Positions 40,892-51,818 are shown, numbered from the stretch's first letter. The stretch: DNA of 64,000 nt from Acidobacteriota bacterium (GCA_040755995.1 JBFMAF010000015.1:50696-114695); one strand, 5' to 3'. Numbers and translations are program-made. The notes: a model not told the origin generated them from the letters alone.

Positions 40892-41635
40892 ATGGACAGT
40901 GCGCAGCATCTTCAGGCGGGCCTCCTGGCGCTGCTCGCCGGCTTCTCCAACTTCATGGGAGGGCTGGCGATCACGTCGCGGAAGAGCTGGGACAGAGCCG
41001 CTTTCGGCATGTGCCTCGCGCTGGGCGCCGGCTTCATGCTGGCCCTTTCGGTTCTGAAGCTGCTGCCTCTCTCGCTCGAGTACTCCTCAAACGCCACACT
41101 ATATATGCTCGTTGGGTACCTCATCGTGCACTTTTTCGAGCATACGCTTTCGCCGCACTTCCATTTCGGCGAGGAGGTGCACCACGAGGAGCTGGTGAAG
41201 CCCGTTGTCGGATGGACGGCGTTCATCGGCCTGGCGATCCACTCCCTTTTCGATGGCATTGCTATGGCGTCGGGGTTCGCGATCGACTTCTCGCTGGGCC
41301 TGATCATCTTCGTGGCTCTGCTGCTGCACAAGCTCCCAGAGGGATTCACTGTCGCGACCATTTTTCTGGTCTCTGGGCGCAGCCGCGCTGCCGCGCTCCT
41401 CGCCTCGACCGCCCTCGGACTGCTCTCCATCACCGGGTTTTTCCTTCTCATTCGATTCAAGCAGCACCTCGGCATAGCGCTTCCTATCTCAGCCGGCGCG
41501 ACCCTCTACGTCGCGGCGAGTGATCTCATCCCGGCCGTCAACGAAGAGAAGGGGATTCGAATGAGCCTGTGCGTCTTCGTGGGCGTCTGTCTCTTCTATA
41601 TCACGGAGTCCCTGATCGATAAGTTCGGACTCTGA
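40892..41635 (+). CDS. ZIP-family metal transporter
   Basis: HSLFDG and LHKLPEG metal sites; His-rich loop. Confidence 0.92.
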   Translation: MDSAQHLQAGLLALLAGFSNFMGGLAITSRKSWDRAAFGMCLALGAGFMLALSVLKLLPLSLEYSSNATLYMLVGYLIVHFFEHTLSPHFHFGEEVHHEELVKPVVGWTAFIGLAIHSLFDGIAMASGFAIDFSLGLIIFVALLLHKLPEGFTVATIFLVSGRSRAAALLASTALGLLSITGFFLLIRFKQHLGIALPISAGATLYVAASDLIPAVNEEKGIRMSLCVFVGVCLFYITESLIDKFGL

Positions 41636-41646
41636 GGACGGCCGGC

Positions 41647-42564
41647 ATGGGGTCAGGATCCCCGCCTTTTGCAGGACGGCGGTACCGCAGACTCGCAGAC
41701 GAGATCAGGCGCGAGTTCGGCGAGCGTCTTTACAAGGTGACAATCGACGCGGGCATGACCTGCCCGGTTCGCGACGGCCGGCTCGGAGCCGGCGGCTGCG
41801 CGTTCTGCGGGCCCGAGGGCTCGGGGCCGGGTCGAGACTCCGCGCTGTCGATTGAGGAGCAGATACGAATCAGGAGGCGCGGCCGCCCGGGACGCTTCAT
41901 CGCCTACCTGCAAGCCTTCACCAACACCTACTGTGCGCCGGAGACGCTGGATTCGATCCTCGAAAGACTCTCGGCGGAGGCCGGTGTCGCCGCCATCGCG
42001 ATCGGCACCCGCCCGGACTGCGTGCCGGAGGAGACGCTTCGAGTGATCGCACGATGGGCCCAGCTGAGGAAGATCTGGATGGAGTACGGCCTTCAGAGCG
42101 TCCATCTGCGCACACTGCTGGCTATCCGACGCGGCCACACGCCGGCGGATTTCAGCGACGCGTGCACCCGCACACGCGCGCACGGGCTGGAGGTCGTCGC
42201 CCACGTGATCCTCGGGCTGCCCGGAGAAACCCGAGAAGACATGAACGAGACAGCGCGAGCGCTGACTGCGCATCGTGTCAACGGCGTGAAGATCCACATG
42301 CTCAATATCGTGAGAGGATCGAAGATGGCGGAGGCCTACGAGCGAGGTGAAATCGAGCTTCTCACGTGCGAGCAATACGTCGGTGCGGTATGCGACTTCC
42401 TGGAGAGGCTCGACGAGTCGATCACGATCCACAGGCTGACCGGCGAGCACCCCCCGTGGGAGTTGATCGCGCCGGAATGGGTGCTGGACAAGAGTCGAGT
42501 GCTCAGGATGATCGACGAGGAGCTCATCAGGCGCGACAGCTGGCAGGGCCGACTGGCCCTGTGA
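41647..42564 (+). CDS. TIGR01212-family radical SAM protein (YhcC/YtqA-like)
   Basis: TCPVRDG..GGCAFC, YLQAFTNTY, IGTRPDC, HRLTG, DSWQG. Confidence 0.9.
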   Translation: MGSGSPPFAGRRYRRLADEIRREFGERLYKVTIDAGMTCPVRDGRLGAGGCAFCGPEGSGPGRDSALSIEEQIRIRRRGRPGRFIAYLQAFTNTYCAPETLDSILERLSAEAGVAAIAIGTRPDCVPEETLRVIARWAQLRKIWMEYGLQSVHLRTLLAIRRGHTPADFSDACTRTRAHGLEVVAHVILGLPGETREDMNETARALTAHRVNGVKIHMLNIVRGSKMAEAYERGEIELLTCEQYVGAVCDFLERLDESITIHRLTGEHPPWELIAPEWVLDKSRVLRMIDEELIRRDSWQGRLAL

Positions 42565-42622
42565 TTCATCTCACACATTCCTCGGCCCGGAATAGCTATA
42601 ATATAGACGAGGAGTGACTGCA

Positions 42623-43006
42623 ATGAAGAGCTTGGTTGTGTTGGCCGGGATGCTTTGCCTGTTTGCCGTCAATGTGTCTGCGGACTATTACGAGTACAAC
42701 GGGGACTGGCGATCGGTCTACATCTACAATAAGCCGTCGCAGCAGCAGGGTGGCTACTATGCCTATCCCGGGGACTGGCGCGCCGTCTACATGGCACCCT
42801 ACAGCCCGTACCGTTGTGACAGGCCGCATTACTCGCGCGGACTCTGGATCGGTCCCTGCGGGCCGACCCTGATCATCTGGACGCCTTACTATCCGTATCT
42901 GAGAGGATGGTTCGGCCCCAGCTTCTCCGGACACGATCGTGGTCATTTCTACTTCGGCGGCCATGCCCGGCGCGATCCGCGGTTCACGTTCGGCCCGCGC
43001 AGGTGA
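42623..43006 (+). CDS. Small secreted Tyr/Arg/Pro-rich protein
   Basis: GAGGAG RBS, signal peptide, GDWR(S/A)VY repeated twice. Confidence 0.65.
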   Translation: MKSLVVLAGMLCLFAVNVSADYYEYNGDWRSVYIYNKPSQQQGGYYAYPGDWRAVYMAPYSPYRCDRPHYSRGLWIGPCGPTLIIWTPYYPYLRGWFGPSFSGHDRGHFYFGGHARRDPRFTFGPRR

Positions 43007-43223
43007 ATAGCGCCCGTTCCGCCCGGCAAGACGTGTCCGGCCGGGATCCATAGGGCCGCGCTCGACTGCCACCTCAAGGCGCCTCTGGTGCCGGACGGGC
43101 GGGCAGCGCGCGGTTGCCGCTGCAATGCGCGTCTGCTTCCCGTGCCGGATGAGGCCCGTCTATTGCGCGTCGGACGCGGGGAGGCTGTAAGGGGGAGAAG
43201 CGGAGAGCGGGGCTGCAGCTCTT

Positions 43224-43255
43224 CACCGCGTCTCCGCGTCACCGCGCTTCCGCGT
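43224..43255. repeat. Four octamer repeats (consensus CACCGCGT)
   Basis: CACCGCGT CTCCGCGT CACCGCGC TTCCGCGT. Confidence 0.5.
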
Positions 43256-43343
43256 CGCACGCGACCGTGAACCGCCATATCTTGTAGCTGCCCGCTCCGC
43301 AGCCGGAACAACCTGCTATAATAGGCGGTTCGAAGTGTGCGAG

Positions 43344-43988
43344 ATGAAACTGTATCTGATTCGGCATGGTGAGACCGACTGGAACAAGAGCAATCTTGTC
43401 CAGGGATGGAGCGAGTCGGACCTGAATGCGAACGGGCAGTGGCAGGCAGAGATGCTTGCGAAGAGGTTCCAGCAGTCCGGTGAGCGTCTCACTGCCGTGT
43501 ACACTTCGCCGCTCAGGCGCGCGCTGCAGACGGCCATGCCGACCGCAGAGATGGCCGGCATTCGGCCCGTTGAGGATCCCGATCTGAGGGAAATGCGATG
43601 CGGGGCCTGGGAAGGGCTCAACTTCGATGAACTGAAGGTGATCCATCCGGAGGCGTTTCAGGCCTGGGCCGACTCGGCCGAGAACCGCATACTCGGTGGA
43701 GGCGAGAGCATCCGCGACCTGCTGGAACGCGCCGTCGGTTCACTCGGCCGCATAGTCGGCGCGCATGAGGACGGCGACAGCGTGGCCGTTTTCACGCACG
43801 GCGGTGTCATCCGCGTGCTGCTGGCTCACCTTCTCGGTGTCGACCTCCAGATCGCCCGCCGCTGCAACCAGGACAACGCATCCATCAACTTTTTTCATCG
43901 CAGGCTGGGGATCTTCCTGTTGGTTCGCTGGAACGATATCTCCCATCTGATCTGCGGGGGAAACGGGCGCCAGCCGAGCCGGTCATGA
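43344..43988 (+). CDS. Histidine phosphatase (phosphoglycerate mutase) family protein
   Basis: LIRHGETDWN, SPLRRA.QTA, LREM..G.WEG, THGG. Confidence 0.92.
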   Translation: MKLYLIRHGETDWNKSNLVQGWSESDLNANGQWQAEMLAKRFQQSGERLTAVYTSPLRRALQTAMPTAEMAGIRPVEDPDLREMRCGAWEGLNFDELKVIHPEAFQAWADSAENRILGGGESIRDLLERAVGSLGRIVGAHEDGDSVAVFTHGGVIRVLLAHLLGVDLQIARRCNQDNASINFFHRRLGIFLLVRWNDISHLICGGNGRQPSRS

Positions 43989-45904
43989 TCCAATTCCAGC
44001 GAAAACTCCGGGAGGCCCTGACACAGAGGGCCCCGCAGCTCGCTGAGATACCGTTCTCATTCGAGTATCCTCCGAGCCCGGCCATGGGTGACTTGTCGAT
44101 CGCGGCGGCGTTCGATCTGGCCAAGCGGCTCAGGCGCAAGCCTAGGGAGATCGCGCAGGAGATCGCGGGCCTGTTGAAGGACCTCCCGATGGTTCGCAGA
44201 GTGGATGTTGCAGGCGGCGGCTACGTGAATTTCTTCCTGGACCGGCCTGCGTTTCTGCGGTATCTGCTCGATGGCGGATCGGAATCGGCACGTACCGGCG
44301 GCGAAAAGGTGATCGTCGAGCACACCAATATCAATCCGAACAAGGCCGCACACGTCGGCCATCTGCGAAACGCCTGCCTCGGGGACACGCTGGTGCGGCT
44401 TTTGCGATACCAGGGGCACAGAGTCGAGGCTCAGAACTACATCGACGATACCGGCGTCCAGGTCGCGGACGTTGTTTGTGCCTTCATGCACGTGAAGGGC
44501 CTGAGCACGGAGCAGGTCGCAGCCATCCCCGACCCTTTCGATTACTTCTGCTGGGATCTGTACGCCGATTTCTCCGCGCGACTCGCGGGGGACCGGGAGC
44601 TGGAGGCGAAGCGCGACGAGACTCTGCACCTGATCGAGCAGGGCGGAAACGCGACGGCCGAGCTGGCGCGCGTTGTGGCGACTCGAATCGTCCGCGCCCA
44701 TCTGGCCACGATGGCGCGCCTCGGCGTGCGATACGACCTGCTCGCCTGGGAGGGCGACATACTTCAGCGCCGCTTCTGGGCAAGCTGTTTCGAGATGCTG
44801 AAGAGGTCCGGAGCCGTGCAGCTCGCGACCGAGGGCAAGAACGCCGGATGCTGGGTCATGGAGATACCCGAGCTGCCCGAGGCCGAGAAGGTGATCGTGA
44901 GGAGCAACGGAGTCGTGACGTACGTGGGGAAGGATATCGCCTACCAGATGTGGAAGCTGGGTCTTCTGGGGCTCGACTTCCACTACGCCCCCTGGGACAA
45001 GTATCCCGACGGCTCGGTGCTCTGGACGACCTCGCGCACGCCGTCGGGCCCGCACCCGCCCTTCGGCCACGCGAGCCGCGTCTTCAACGTGATCGACGTC
45101 AGGCAGAGCTACCTGCAGAAGGTGGTGTACAAGGGGCTGCGGGCACTGGGCTACGAACGTGAAAGCGAGAATTCAGTTCACTTCTCCTACGAGATGGTGG
45201 CGCTGACTCCGGCCTGCGCCCGCGAGCTCGGATACGAGCTCAGCGCGGAGGATGAGAAGAGGGCCTTCATCGAGGTCAGCGGGCGCAAGGGGCTGGGGGT
45301 CAAGGCGGATGACCTTCTGAACGCCTTGGAGAAGCGGGCGCTCGACGAGGTGGCCGGTCGAAACCCGCAATTCGACGCGGAGACTCTGCGCGATATCGCG
45401 CGCGCGGTGGCTTCTGGAGCGCTGCGGTACTTTATGCTAAGATTCGGCCGCTCCAAGGTTCTGGCTTTCGACTTCAAGGAGGCCCTGAACTTTGACGGCG
45501 AAACCGGTCCTTATCTGCAGTACTCCGCAGTGAGGGCGCGGAACATTTTTCTGAAACTGCGGGAGCGAGAGGGAGTCACCGGCGAAACGATCGCGCAGAT
45601 CGCAGGTCAAGATGAGAGTTATACGTATCTGGACGAGGCCGACGATATATGGGAGCTTGTTCTGCAGGCGGGCCGGCTGCCCGAGACGGCCGCTCAGGCG
45701 GTCTCCTCGTTGGAGCTCTCCCTGCTCGCCAAGTACTCGCACGGCCTTGCCCAGAAATTCAACACCTTCTATCACAAGCATGCGATTCTCCACGAGTCCG
45801 ATCCGCGAAGGAAGCAGGCACGGCTGCTCGCCGCGCACTATGTGTTCTCCGTCATGAGCACCGCGCTGGGACTGATGGGTATCGACATGCCGGCTCGCAT
45901 GTGA
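43985..45904 (+). CDS. argS: Arginine--tRNA ligase
   Basis: GYVNF, NPNKAAHVGHLRN (HIGH), DVRQ, GETGPYLQY, DALR-type C-terminus ending RM. Confidence 0.93.
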   Translation: MIQFQRKLREALTQRAPQLAEIPFSFEYPPSPAMGDLSIAAAFDLAKRLRRKPREIAQEIAGLLKDLPMVRRVDVAGGGYVNFFLDRPAFLRYLLDGGSESARTGGEKVIVEHTNINPNKAAHVGHLRNACLGDTLVRLLRYQGHRVEAQNYIDDTGVQVADVVCAFMHVKGLSTEQVAAIPDPFDYFCWDLYADFSARLAGDRELEAKRDETLHLIEQGGNATAELARVVATRIVRAHLATMARLGVRYDLLAWEGDILQRRFWASCFEMLKRSGAVQLATEGKNAGCWVMEIPELPEAEKVIVRSNGVVTYVGKDIAYQMWKLGLLGLDFHYAPWDKYPDGSVLWTTSRTPSGPHPPFGHASRVFNVIDVRQSYLQKVVYKGLRALGYERESENSVHFSYEMVALTPACARELGYELSAEDEKRAFIEVSGRKGLGVKADDLLNALEKRALDEVAGRNPQFDAETLRDIARAVASGALRYFMLRFGRSKVLAFDFKEALNFDGETGPYLQYSAVRARNIFLKLREREGVTGETIAQIAGQDESYTYLDEADDIWELVLQAGRLPETAAQAVSSLELSLLAKYSHGLAQKFNTFYHKHAILHESDPRRKQARLLAAHYVFSVMSTALGLMGIDMPARM

Positions 45905-46079
45905 ACGAAGTCGTCTGAGCTCGATGCCGACTGCACCTGGAGTTGAACCATGCTCTGTTGCGGACCCGTTTACGCCGACGATCACGGACGCAGGGACCAC
46001 GCCGCCGGATTCACGGCAACCAGAGCGGCTTTCCCTGAGTATATAGAAAGGAAATAGGGGGAGATAGGACGGAGGAAGC

Positions 46080-47033
46080 ATGATTGAGGTCGAAAACCTT
46101 AGCAAGAAGTACGGGAACAACTACGCGGTCCGAAACCTGAGTTTCTCGATCAAGAAAGGTGAGATCCTGGGCTTTCTCGGACCGAACGGGGCCGGCAAGA
46201 CCACGACGATGCGAATACTGACGTGCTACCTGCCTGCCACCGAGGGGTCGGCGCGCGTTGCCGGCTTCGACGTGTTCAAGGAAAGCCTGCAGGTGCGCAA
46301 GCGGATCGGGTACCTGCCGGAGCATCCGCCGCTGTATCGCGAGATGCCGGTCACGTCCTTTCTGGACTTCGTGGCGCGGATCAAGGGAGTGCCAAGGAAG
46401 AGGCGAAAGGAGCGGATCGAGTACGTCGCCAGGAGGTGCCGGCTCGAGGACGTCAAGAACAGGCTGATCCAACACCTGTCGAAAGGCTACAGGCAGCGCG
46501 TCGGTCTGGCGGCTGCCCTGATACACGACCCCGAGATACTGATCCTGGACGAGCCCACCATCGGCCTCGATCCGAAGCAGATAATCGAGATACGTGAGCT
46601 CATCCGCGAACTGGCGGGCGAGCATACCGTCATTCTGTCGACACACATACTGCCCGAGGTCACGCAGACCTGCCAGCGGATACTGATCATCAACGAGGGC
46701 AAGGTCGTAGCCGAGGACTCGTTCGAGAATCTATCGGACCAGCTCAGGCAGGCCGAACGCGTTTCGGTGCGAGTGAAGCGGGACGACCCGGCGATCGCCG
46801 AGCGGTTGAGAGCGATACCGGGTGTTGTCAAGGTGACCGCCGTTCAGGCCGGAGACGGCACCTATGCGATCGAGTCAAGCCTCGACGTCGACGTGCGCGA
46901 GGATGTCGCCCGCATGGTCGTGGGCGAGAACTGGGGCCTGCTCGAGATGAGGCCGGTCAGAATGAGTATGGAGGACATCTTCTTGAAACTGACGACAGTC
47001 GAAGAGGATGTCGCCTCCGAAGAGAAACAGTGA
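46080..47033 (+). CDS. ABC transporter ATP-binding protein (GldA-like)
   Basis: GPNGAGKT, LSKGYRQRVGLA, LDEPT. Confidence 0.92.
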   Translation: MIEVENLSKKYGNNYAVRNLSFSIKKGEILGFLGPNGAGKTTTMRILTCYLPATEGSARVAGFDVFKESLQVRKRIGYLPEHPPLYREMPVTSFLDFVARIKGVPRKRRKERIEYVARRCRLEDVKNRLIQHLSKGYRQRVGLAAALIHDPEILILDEPTIGLDPKQIIEIRELIRELAGEHTVILSTHILPEVTQTCQRILIINEGKVVAEDSFENLSDQLRQAERVSVRVKRDDPAIAERLRAIPGVVKVTAVQAGDGTYAIESSLDVDVREDVARMVVGENWGLLEMRPVRMSMEDIFLKLTTVEEDVASEEKQ

Positions 47034-47041
47034 GGTGACAG

Positions 47042-47809
47042 ATGCGTAACATCTGGGCAATATTGCTGCGCGAGCTCAAGGCTTATTTCGTCTCCCCGAT
47101 CGCGTATGTCTTCACGGTCGTGTTCCTGGTGGTATCGGGATTCTTCTTCTTCAGCATACTGCAGTGGTTCAACATGCAGTGCATGCAATTCATGCAGTAC
47201 CCGCAGTACGCGAAGGAGCTCAACATCAACGAGATGGTCATGCGGCCGCTTTTTCACAACATGAGCGTCGTCTTCCTGATGGTCATCCCCTTCCTGACCA
47301 TGCGGCTCTTCTCTGAAGAACGTCGCAGCGGGACGGACGAGCTGCTGCTGACTTCGCCGGTCACGATGAACCAGATCATCCTGGGCAAGTTCCTGGGCGG
47401 TATCTCCGCAGTGCTGCTGATCCTGCTCCTCACCGGGCTCTACCCCCTGTTCGCGTTCAAGTATTCGAGCCCCGAGGTCGGGCCGATCCTTAGCGGCTAC
47501 ATCGGCCTCCTTCTGTTGGCGGCGTCATTCATTCCGATCGGCATGCTCTGCTCCGCTCTCACCGAGAACCAGATCGTTGCCGCCGTGCTCACGTTCGGAG
47601 TGCTTCTCATCTTCTGGGTCATCGGCTGGTCGGCGGAGTCGGCGAGCTACTCGGCCCGTGAGATCATCCAGTACATGTCGATAACGGACCACCTCGAAGA
47701 GCTCACCAAGGGGGTGATCGACACCAAGGACATCGTGTTTTACGTGAGCTTCTCGGTGTTCGGTCTGTTCTTGACGAAGATGGCGCTTGAGAGCCGGAGG
47801 TGGAGGTAG
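47042..47809 (+). CDS. ABC-2 permease (GldF-like)
   Basis: RELKAYFVSPIAY, MRLFSEERRSGT.ELL, TENQIVAA. Confidence 0.9.
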   Translation: MRNIWAILLRELKAYFVSPIAYVFTVVFLVVSGFFFFSILQWFNMQCMQFMQYPQYAKELNINEMVMRPLFHNMSVVFLMVIPFLTMRLFSEERRSGTDELLLTSPVTMNQIILGKFLGGISAVLLILLLTGLYPLFAFKYSSPEVGPILSGYIGLLLLAASFIPIGMLCSALTENQIVAAVLTFGVLLIFWVIGWSAESASYSAREIIQYMSITDHLEELTKGVIDTKDIVFYVSFSVFGLFLTKMALESRRWR

Positions 47810-47814
47810 AAATC

Positions 47815-49404
47815 ATGAGCACGCTCGAGAAAGTGAAACCCTACATAGGCACCGCCGGCCTGCTGGTCATGGTCGCGGCCGCCGTCGTATACCGGATCAA
47901 GCCCGACTGGAAGCTCTATTGCCTGATCGTGGCGGGCGTCGGGGCGGCCCTCTTCCTGGCCTACTTCGTCATCAACTTCCGCGAGGTCAAGCAGGCGCTC
48001 GGCGGCCGTACGACTCTTTACAGCCTCAACACCCTGCTGGCCGTCCTGCTGGTTCTGGCGATCATCGGGCTGCTCAACTTCCTGTCCTCCAGACACCACA
48101 AGCGGTGGGACATCACCGAGGGCAAGATCCACTCGCTCTCGGACCAGTCCGTTAAGGTGCTCCGGAATCTCGACAAGAACCAGCGCGACGTCGAAGTGAA
48201 CTGCTTCTTCAAGGAGGGCGATGCACCCGAGGCCAAGATGAAGGACATGCTCGACATGTACCAGGCCGAAACACGCCGGCTCAAGGTGCAGTTCTTCGAC
48301 CCGGCCAAGAACCCCGGACTGGCCAAGAAGTACAACATTGAGGAGTACAACACCACGGTCCTCACGAGCGGCGACAAAGAGGTCAAGATCAAGGGGCTCG
48401 GCGAGGAAGACATCACCAATGCGCTCATCCAAGTCAGTCGCGATGCCCGAAAGACGCTGTACTTCCTTGAGGGGCACGGGGAGATACCGATCGACCAGGC
48501 GGATGACAACGGGTATTCCCTTCTGAAAGAGCAGCTGGAGAAGGAGAATTACGTCACAAGGAAGTTGATGCTGGTCAGAGAACCCGGCATTCCGCACGAC
48601 TGCTCGGTGCTCATCGTGCCCGGGCCGCGCGTGGCCGTCACGTCACCGGAAATCCGCGTGATCAACGACTACCTCGTGGCCGGCGGACGCGCTCTGTTCA
48701 TGATCGATCCGCAGACGAATTCGGGGCTCGAAAACATGCTGCTGCAGTGGGGTGTGAAACCCGGCAACAACGTCATCGTTGACCGTGCCGCGCGCGTGTT
48801 CGGCGCATCCGAGCTGATGCCCATCGGCGCCGAGTACGAGGAACACCCGATTACCAAGCGGTTCAACTATGCCACCGCCTACCCGATGGCGCGATCGGTC
48901 GACGTCGCGGACAAGAACGAACACGGCGCGACGCCGACGGTGCTCGCGCGGACCAGCCAAGCGAGCTGGGCCGAGACGAATATGCAGATGCTCGAAAGCG
49001 GAATGGCCCAGTACGACGAGGGGCAGGACCAGGAGGGCCCAATACCCATCATCGTGGCAGTGACGGCCGAGGGCAAAAGGAAAGAAAACGCGGAGAGCTC
49101 GGAGAGCGAGAAGAAGCTCGAAGAGAAGCCGCCCCAGACCAGGATGGTCGTGATCGGCGACGGCGAATTCCCCAACAACACCTACATCGGGTTCTCGGGC
49201 AACGGCAACCTCTTCCTGAACACCGTGGCCTGGCTGGCGGAGGAGGAGGACCTGATCAGCATCAGGCCTTCGACCCAAGCGCCGAAGACGATTTCATTGA
49301 CCCGCGAGCAGGCCAGCCTGGTCTTCTACTCTTCGCTCATTCTGCTCCCCGGACTGGTGCTCGTCGCAGGCATCGTCATTTGGGCCCGCCGGAGGAACAA
49401 GTAG
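47815..49404 (+). CDS. GldG-family ABC auxiliary protein
   Basis: RWDIT....SLS..S, YFLEGHGE, GNGNLFLNTVAWL, C-terminal TM plus RRR. Confidence 0.88.
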   Translation: MSTLEKVKPYIGTAGLLVMVAAAVVYRIKPDWKLYCLIVAGVGAALFLAYFVINFREVKQALGGRTTLYSLNTLLAVLLVLAIIGLLNFLSSRHHKRWDITEGKIHSLSDQSVKVLRNLDKNQRDVEVNCFFKEGDAPEAKMKDMLDMYQAETRRLKVQFFDPAKNPGLAKKYNIEEYNTTVLTSGDKEVKIKGLGEEDITNALIQVSRDARKTLYFLEGHGEIPIDQADDNGYSLLKEQLEKENYVTRKLMLVREPGIPHDCSVLIVPGPRVAVTSPEIRVINDYLVAGGRALFMIDPQTNSGLENMLLQWGVKPGNNVIVDRAARVFGASELMPIGAEYEEHPITKRFNYATAYPMARSVDVADKNEHGATPTVLARTSQASWAETNMQMLESGMAQYDEGQDQEGPIPIIVAVTAEGKRKENAESSESEKKLEEKPPQTRMVVIGDGEFPNNTYIGFSGNGNLFLNTVAWLAEEEDLISIRPSTQAPKTISLTREQASLVFYSSLILLPGLVLVAGIVIWARRRNK

Positions 49405-49513
49405 GCTTGCAGATTGACGAAATTCGGGCGTCGGTGGCTGGAAACTGGATCTCGGTATCCAGGATGAAAGGTTGAGATAGCAGAAAAGGCTTGTCTCAAG
49501 ATCGGAGGAACAC

Positions 49514-50929
49514 ATGAGCTGGAAAGGTACGGTTTTCCTGTTGTTGATATTGGCCGCCTTGGGCGGGTACGTGTATTGGACGGAGATACGAGGCCAGGCG
49601 GACCGCGAGGAGGCTGATCGGAAGAAGGACCGCGTTTTCGACTTCAAAGAAGACGACGTCGAGAAGATCGATGTCTTTACGAAGATGGACGAGAGTGCGC
49701 CGGTGGTAATCGAGCGCGCAGGCGCGGACAAGAAGGACTGGCGGATATCGGCGCCCCTGCAGACCGAGGCGGACAAGAGCTCGGTCGACGGGTTCCTCAG
49801 CAGTCTCGTGTACCTGACCAGCCAGCGCGACGTCGACGAGAATCCCAAAGACCTCGCCCAGTACGGCCTCAAGGACCCGCGGCACTACGTGTCGCTCTGG
49901 CTCAAGGGCAAGAAGGAACCTCTGTCGCTCCGGATCGGGGAAAAAAGCACCATCGGGAACTCATACTATGCCATGCGCAGCGACGCCAAGAAAGTGATGA
50001 TCCTGGATTCGTCCTTCGAGTCCAGCCTCAGCAAAGGGCTCTTCGATTTCCGCGACAAGAACGTCTTCCCCATCGAGGACGAGAAGGCCCGGCGCATCGA
50101 GGTCCGCAGGGAGAAGGACTCGGTCGTCCTTGAAAAGTCGGCCGACGGCACCTGGCGCCTCCGCGAGCCACTCGACGTCGTGGGCTCCAAGTCAACCGTC
50201 GAAGACGTGCTCAGAGAACTGAAGAACGCCCAGGCTACCAAGTTCGTCGCCGAGGAGGTGACCGATGGGAGCCTCTACGGATTCGACAAGCCTCAGGTGC
50301 TGGTGAAGGTCGACTTCGAGGGCACCGCCATGCCCGCCGAGCTGACGATCGGGAAGAAGGGGGACGTCGAGGCGGATTACTACGCTCACGCGTCGATGAA
50401 GAAACCGGTGGTGATGGTAAACGAGTACCTGTTCAAGAGCCTGACGAAGGAGAGCGCGGAATTCCGCGAAAAGCACGCCGTCACGTTCGATCACTACGAA
50501 GTGCAGAAACTCTCGCTCGTGTATCCCGACAAGACGTTCGACCTCCTGAAATCCGGCGAGGACGCATGGAAGCTCGACGCACCGGAGAAGGCGGATGCCG
50601 ACGCGTCGCAGGTGGACAATGTGCTGTACGCAGTGGACGGTCTGGAGGCCAAGGAGTTCGTCGACAAGCCCGACAAGAACCAGGCTGCATACGGCCTGGA
50701 CAAGCCACGTGCGAAGATCCAGATCTGGCAAAAGGGAGACAAGGAGCCTCGCGAGGTCTGGATCGGAAACGCCGATGCCGCCCGCGGCCTGACCTATATC
50801 AAGAACCCAAAGCTCGGGAACATCCTTTTGGTTGAAACGACGCAAACGGAAGAGCTCTTCCCGAAACTCGATGACCTGAAGAAGAAACCTGAGAACGCTG
50901 CCGTGGAGGAAGCCACCAAGGACGAATAA
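49514..50929 (+). CDS. DUF4340-domain protein
   Basis: N-terminal TM and three repeats of W.(I/L)..P....AD....YGL..P; usual partner of GldAFG. Confidence 0.82.
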   Translation: MSWKGTVFLLLILAALGGYVYWTEIRGQADREEADRKKDRVFDFKEDDVEKIDVFTKMDESAPVVIERAGADKKDWRISAPLQTEADKSSVDGFLSSLVYLTSQRDVDENPKDLAQYGLKDPRHYVSLWLKGKKEPLSLRIGEKSTIGNSYYAMRSDAKKVMILDSSFESSLSKGLFDFRDKNVFPIEDEKARRIEVRREKDSVVLEKSADGTWRLREPLDVVGSKSTVEDVLRELKNAQATKFVAEEVTDGSLYGFDKPQVLVKVDFEGTAMPAELTIGKKGDVEADYYAHASMKKPVVMVNEYLFKSLTKESAEFREKHAVTFDHYEVQKLSLVYPDKTFDLLKSGEDAWKLDAPEKADADASQVDNVLYAVDGLEAKEFVDKPDKNQAAYGLDKPRAKIQIWQKGDKEPREVWIGNADAARGLTYIKNPKLGNILLVETTQTEELFPKLDDLKKKPENAAVEEATKDE

Positions 50930-51047
50930 GGGTCTCGCGGTGCCACGGTCAAGGCCCGATTCAGGTCCGCGTTCACGAGTGCTCGATCGACAACGCGAGG
51001 TCTGGTTTCGGGCAGCGTCCGGTTAGTGCTATGATGTTCGCGGCCCG

Positions 51048-51818
51048 ATGAAGAGAGTCCCACTCCTGTTGCTGGTCGCGGCGGCGACCGCCGGCTGCTA
51101 CCCGAAGATCCAGCTCCGTGTCTACACGGAAGTAATGGAGGACGGCGGCGCCTCCCGCACCCTCACCTACATGGGCGACGATCTCTCGTGGATCAAGCTC
51201 CCGCTGGGCTCGCCGTGGAAGATCGAGCAGAAACCGAACTTCTACAAGGCGTCTGCGTTCTTCCCGGACGGACGGGCGCTCAAGACGGATTTCTTCTTCC
51301 CCCGACATTACCCGTCGGAGGATTCATACAGCGAAGAGGACCGCGCTCTGCTCGCACGACTGCGCATCGACAAGCTGTCTCCGGAGACGTTCTATTCCAG
51401 GAACAACGTATCCATCAGCCGCCGCAACTGGTTCTTCTTCACCGTATACCGGTACGATGAGACGATCGACAATCGCAAGGTCATTGAGCTGCTCCGCAGA
51501 GTCGAGGGGATCGACTCGATCAAGTTCAAGATCACGGGCAAGGACGACAAGCTCGAGTCGATACTCTCGAACATGCAGTTCGTCTACGAAGTGAAGATGC
51601 CGGGCAGCCTCATAAAGACCAGCTCCAAGAACGTGCGCGGCGGGTACTGCAGCTGGAGCTTCTCCATGGGCGACTTCTACTGGGGATACCGCAAGTACGC
51701 AATCAAGGCGACCTCCATCAAGGTCGACTATCTCGCCCTCACTCTCTTCGGCCTCACAATCGTCCTTCTGGTCTTCGGCCTGTTCTGGGTCCGGACGCGT
51801 CGATCGGCCCGCGAATAA
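51048..51818 (+). CDS. Putative lipoprotein with C-terminal TM anchor
   Basis: Lipobox TAGC; C-terminal hydrophobic helix followed by basic residues. Confidence 0.7.
   Translation: MKRVPLLLLVAAATAGCYPKIQLRVYTEVMEDGGASRTLTYMGDDLSWIKLPLGSPWKIEQKPNFYKASAFFPDGRALKTDFFFPRHYPSEDSYSEEDRALLARLRIDKLSPETFYSRNNVSISRRNWFFFTVYRYDETIDNRKVIELLRRVEGIDSIKFKITGKDDKLESILSNMQFVYEVKMPGSLIKTSSKNVRGGYCSWSFSMGDFYWGYRKYAIKATSIKVDYLALTLFGLTIVLLVFGLFWVRTRRSARE

Noticed and set aside
46080..50929. GldA/F/G-like genes as evidence of gliding motility
   Set aside because: This ABC module with DUF4340 is common in non-gliding bacteria, and no other gliding or T9SS genes are in the window.
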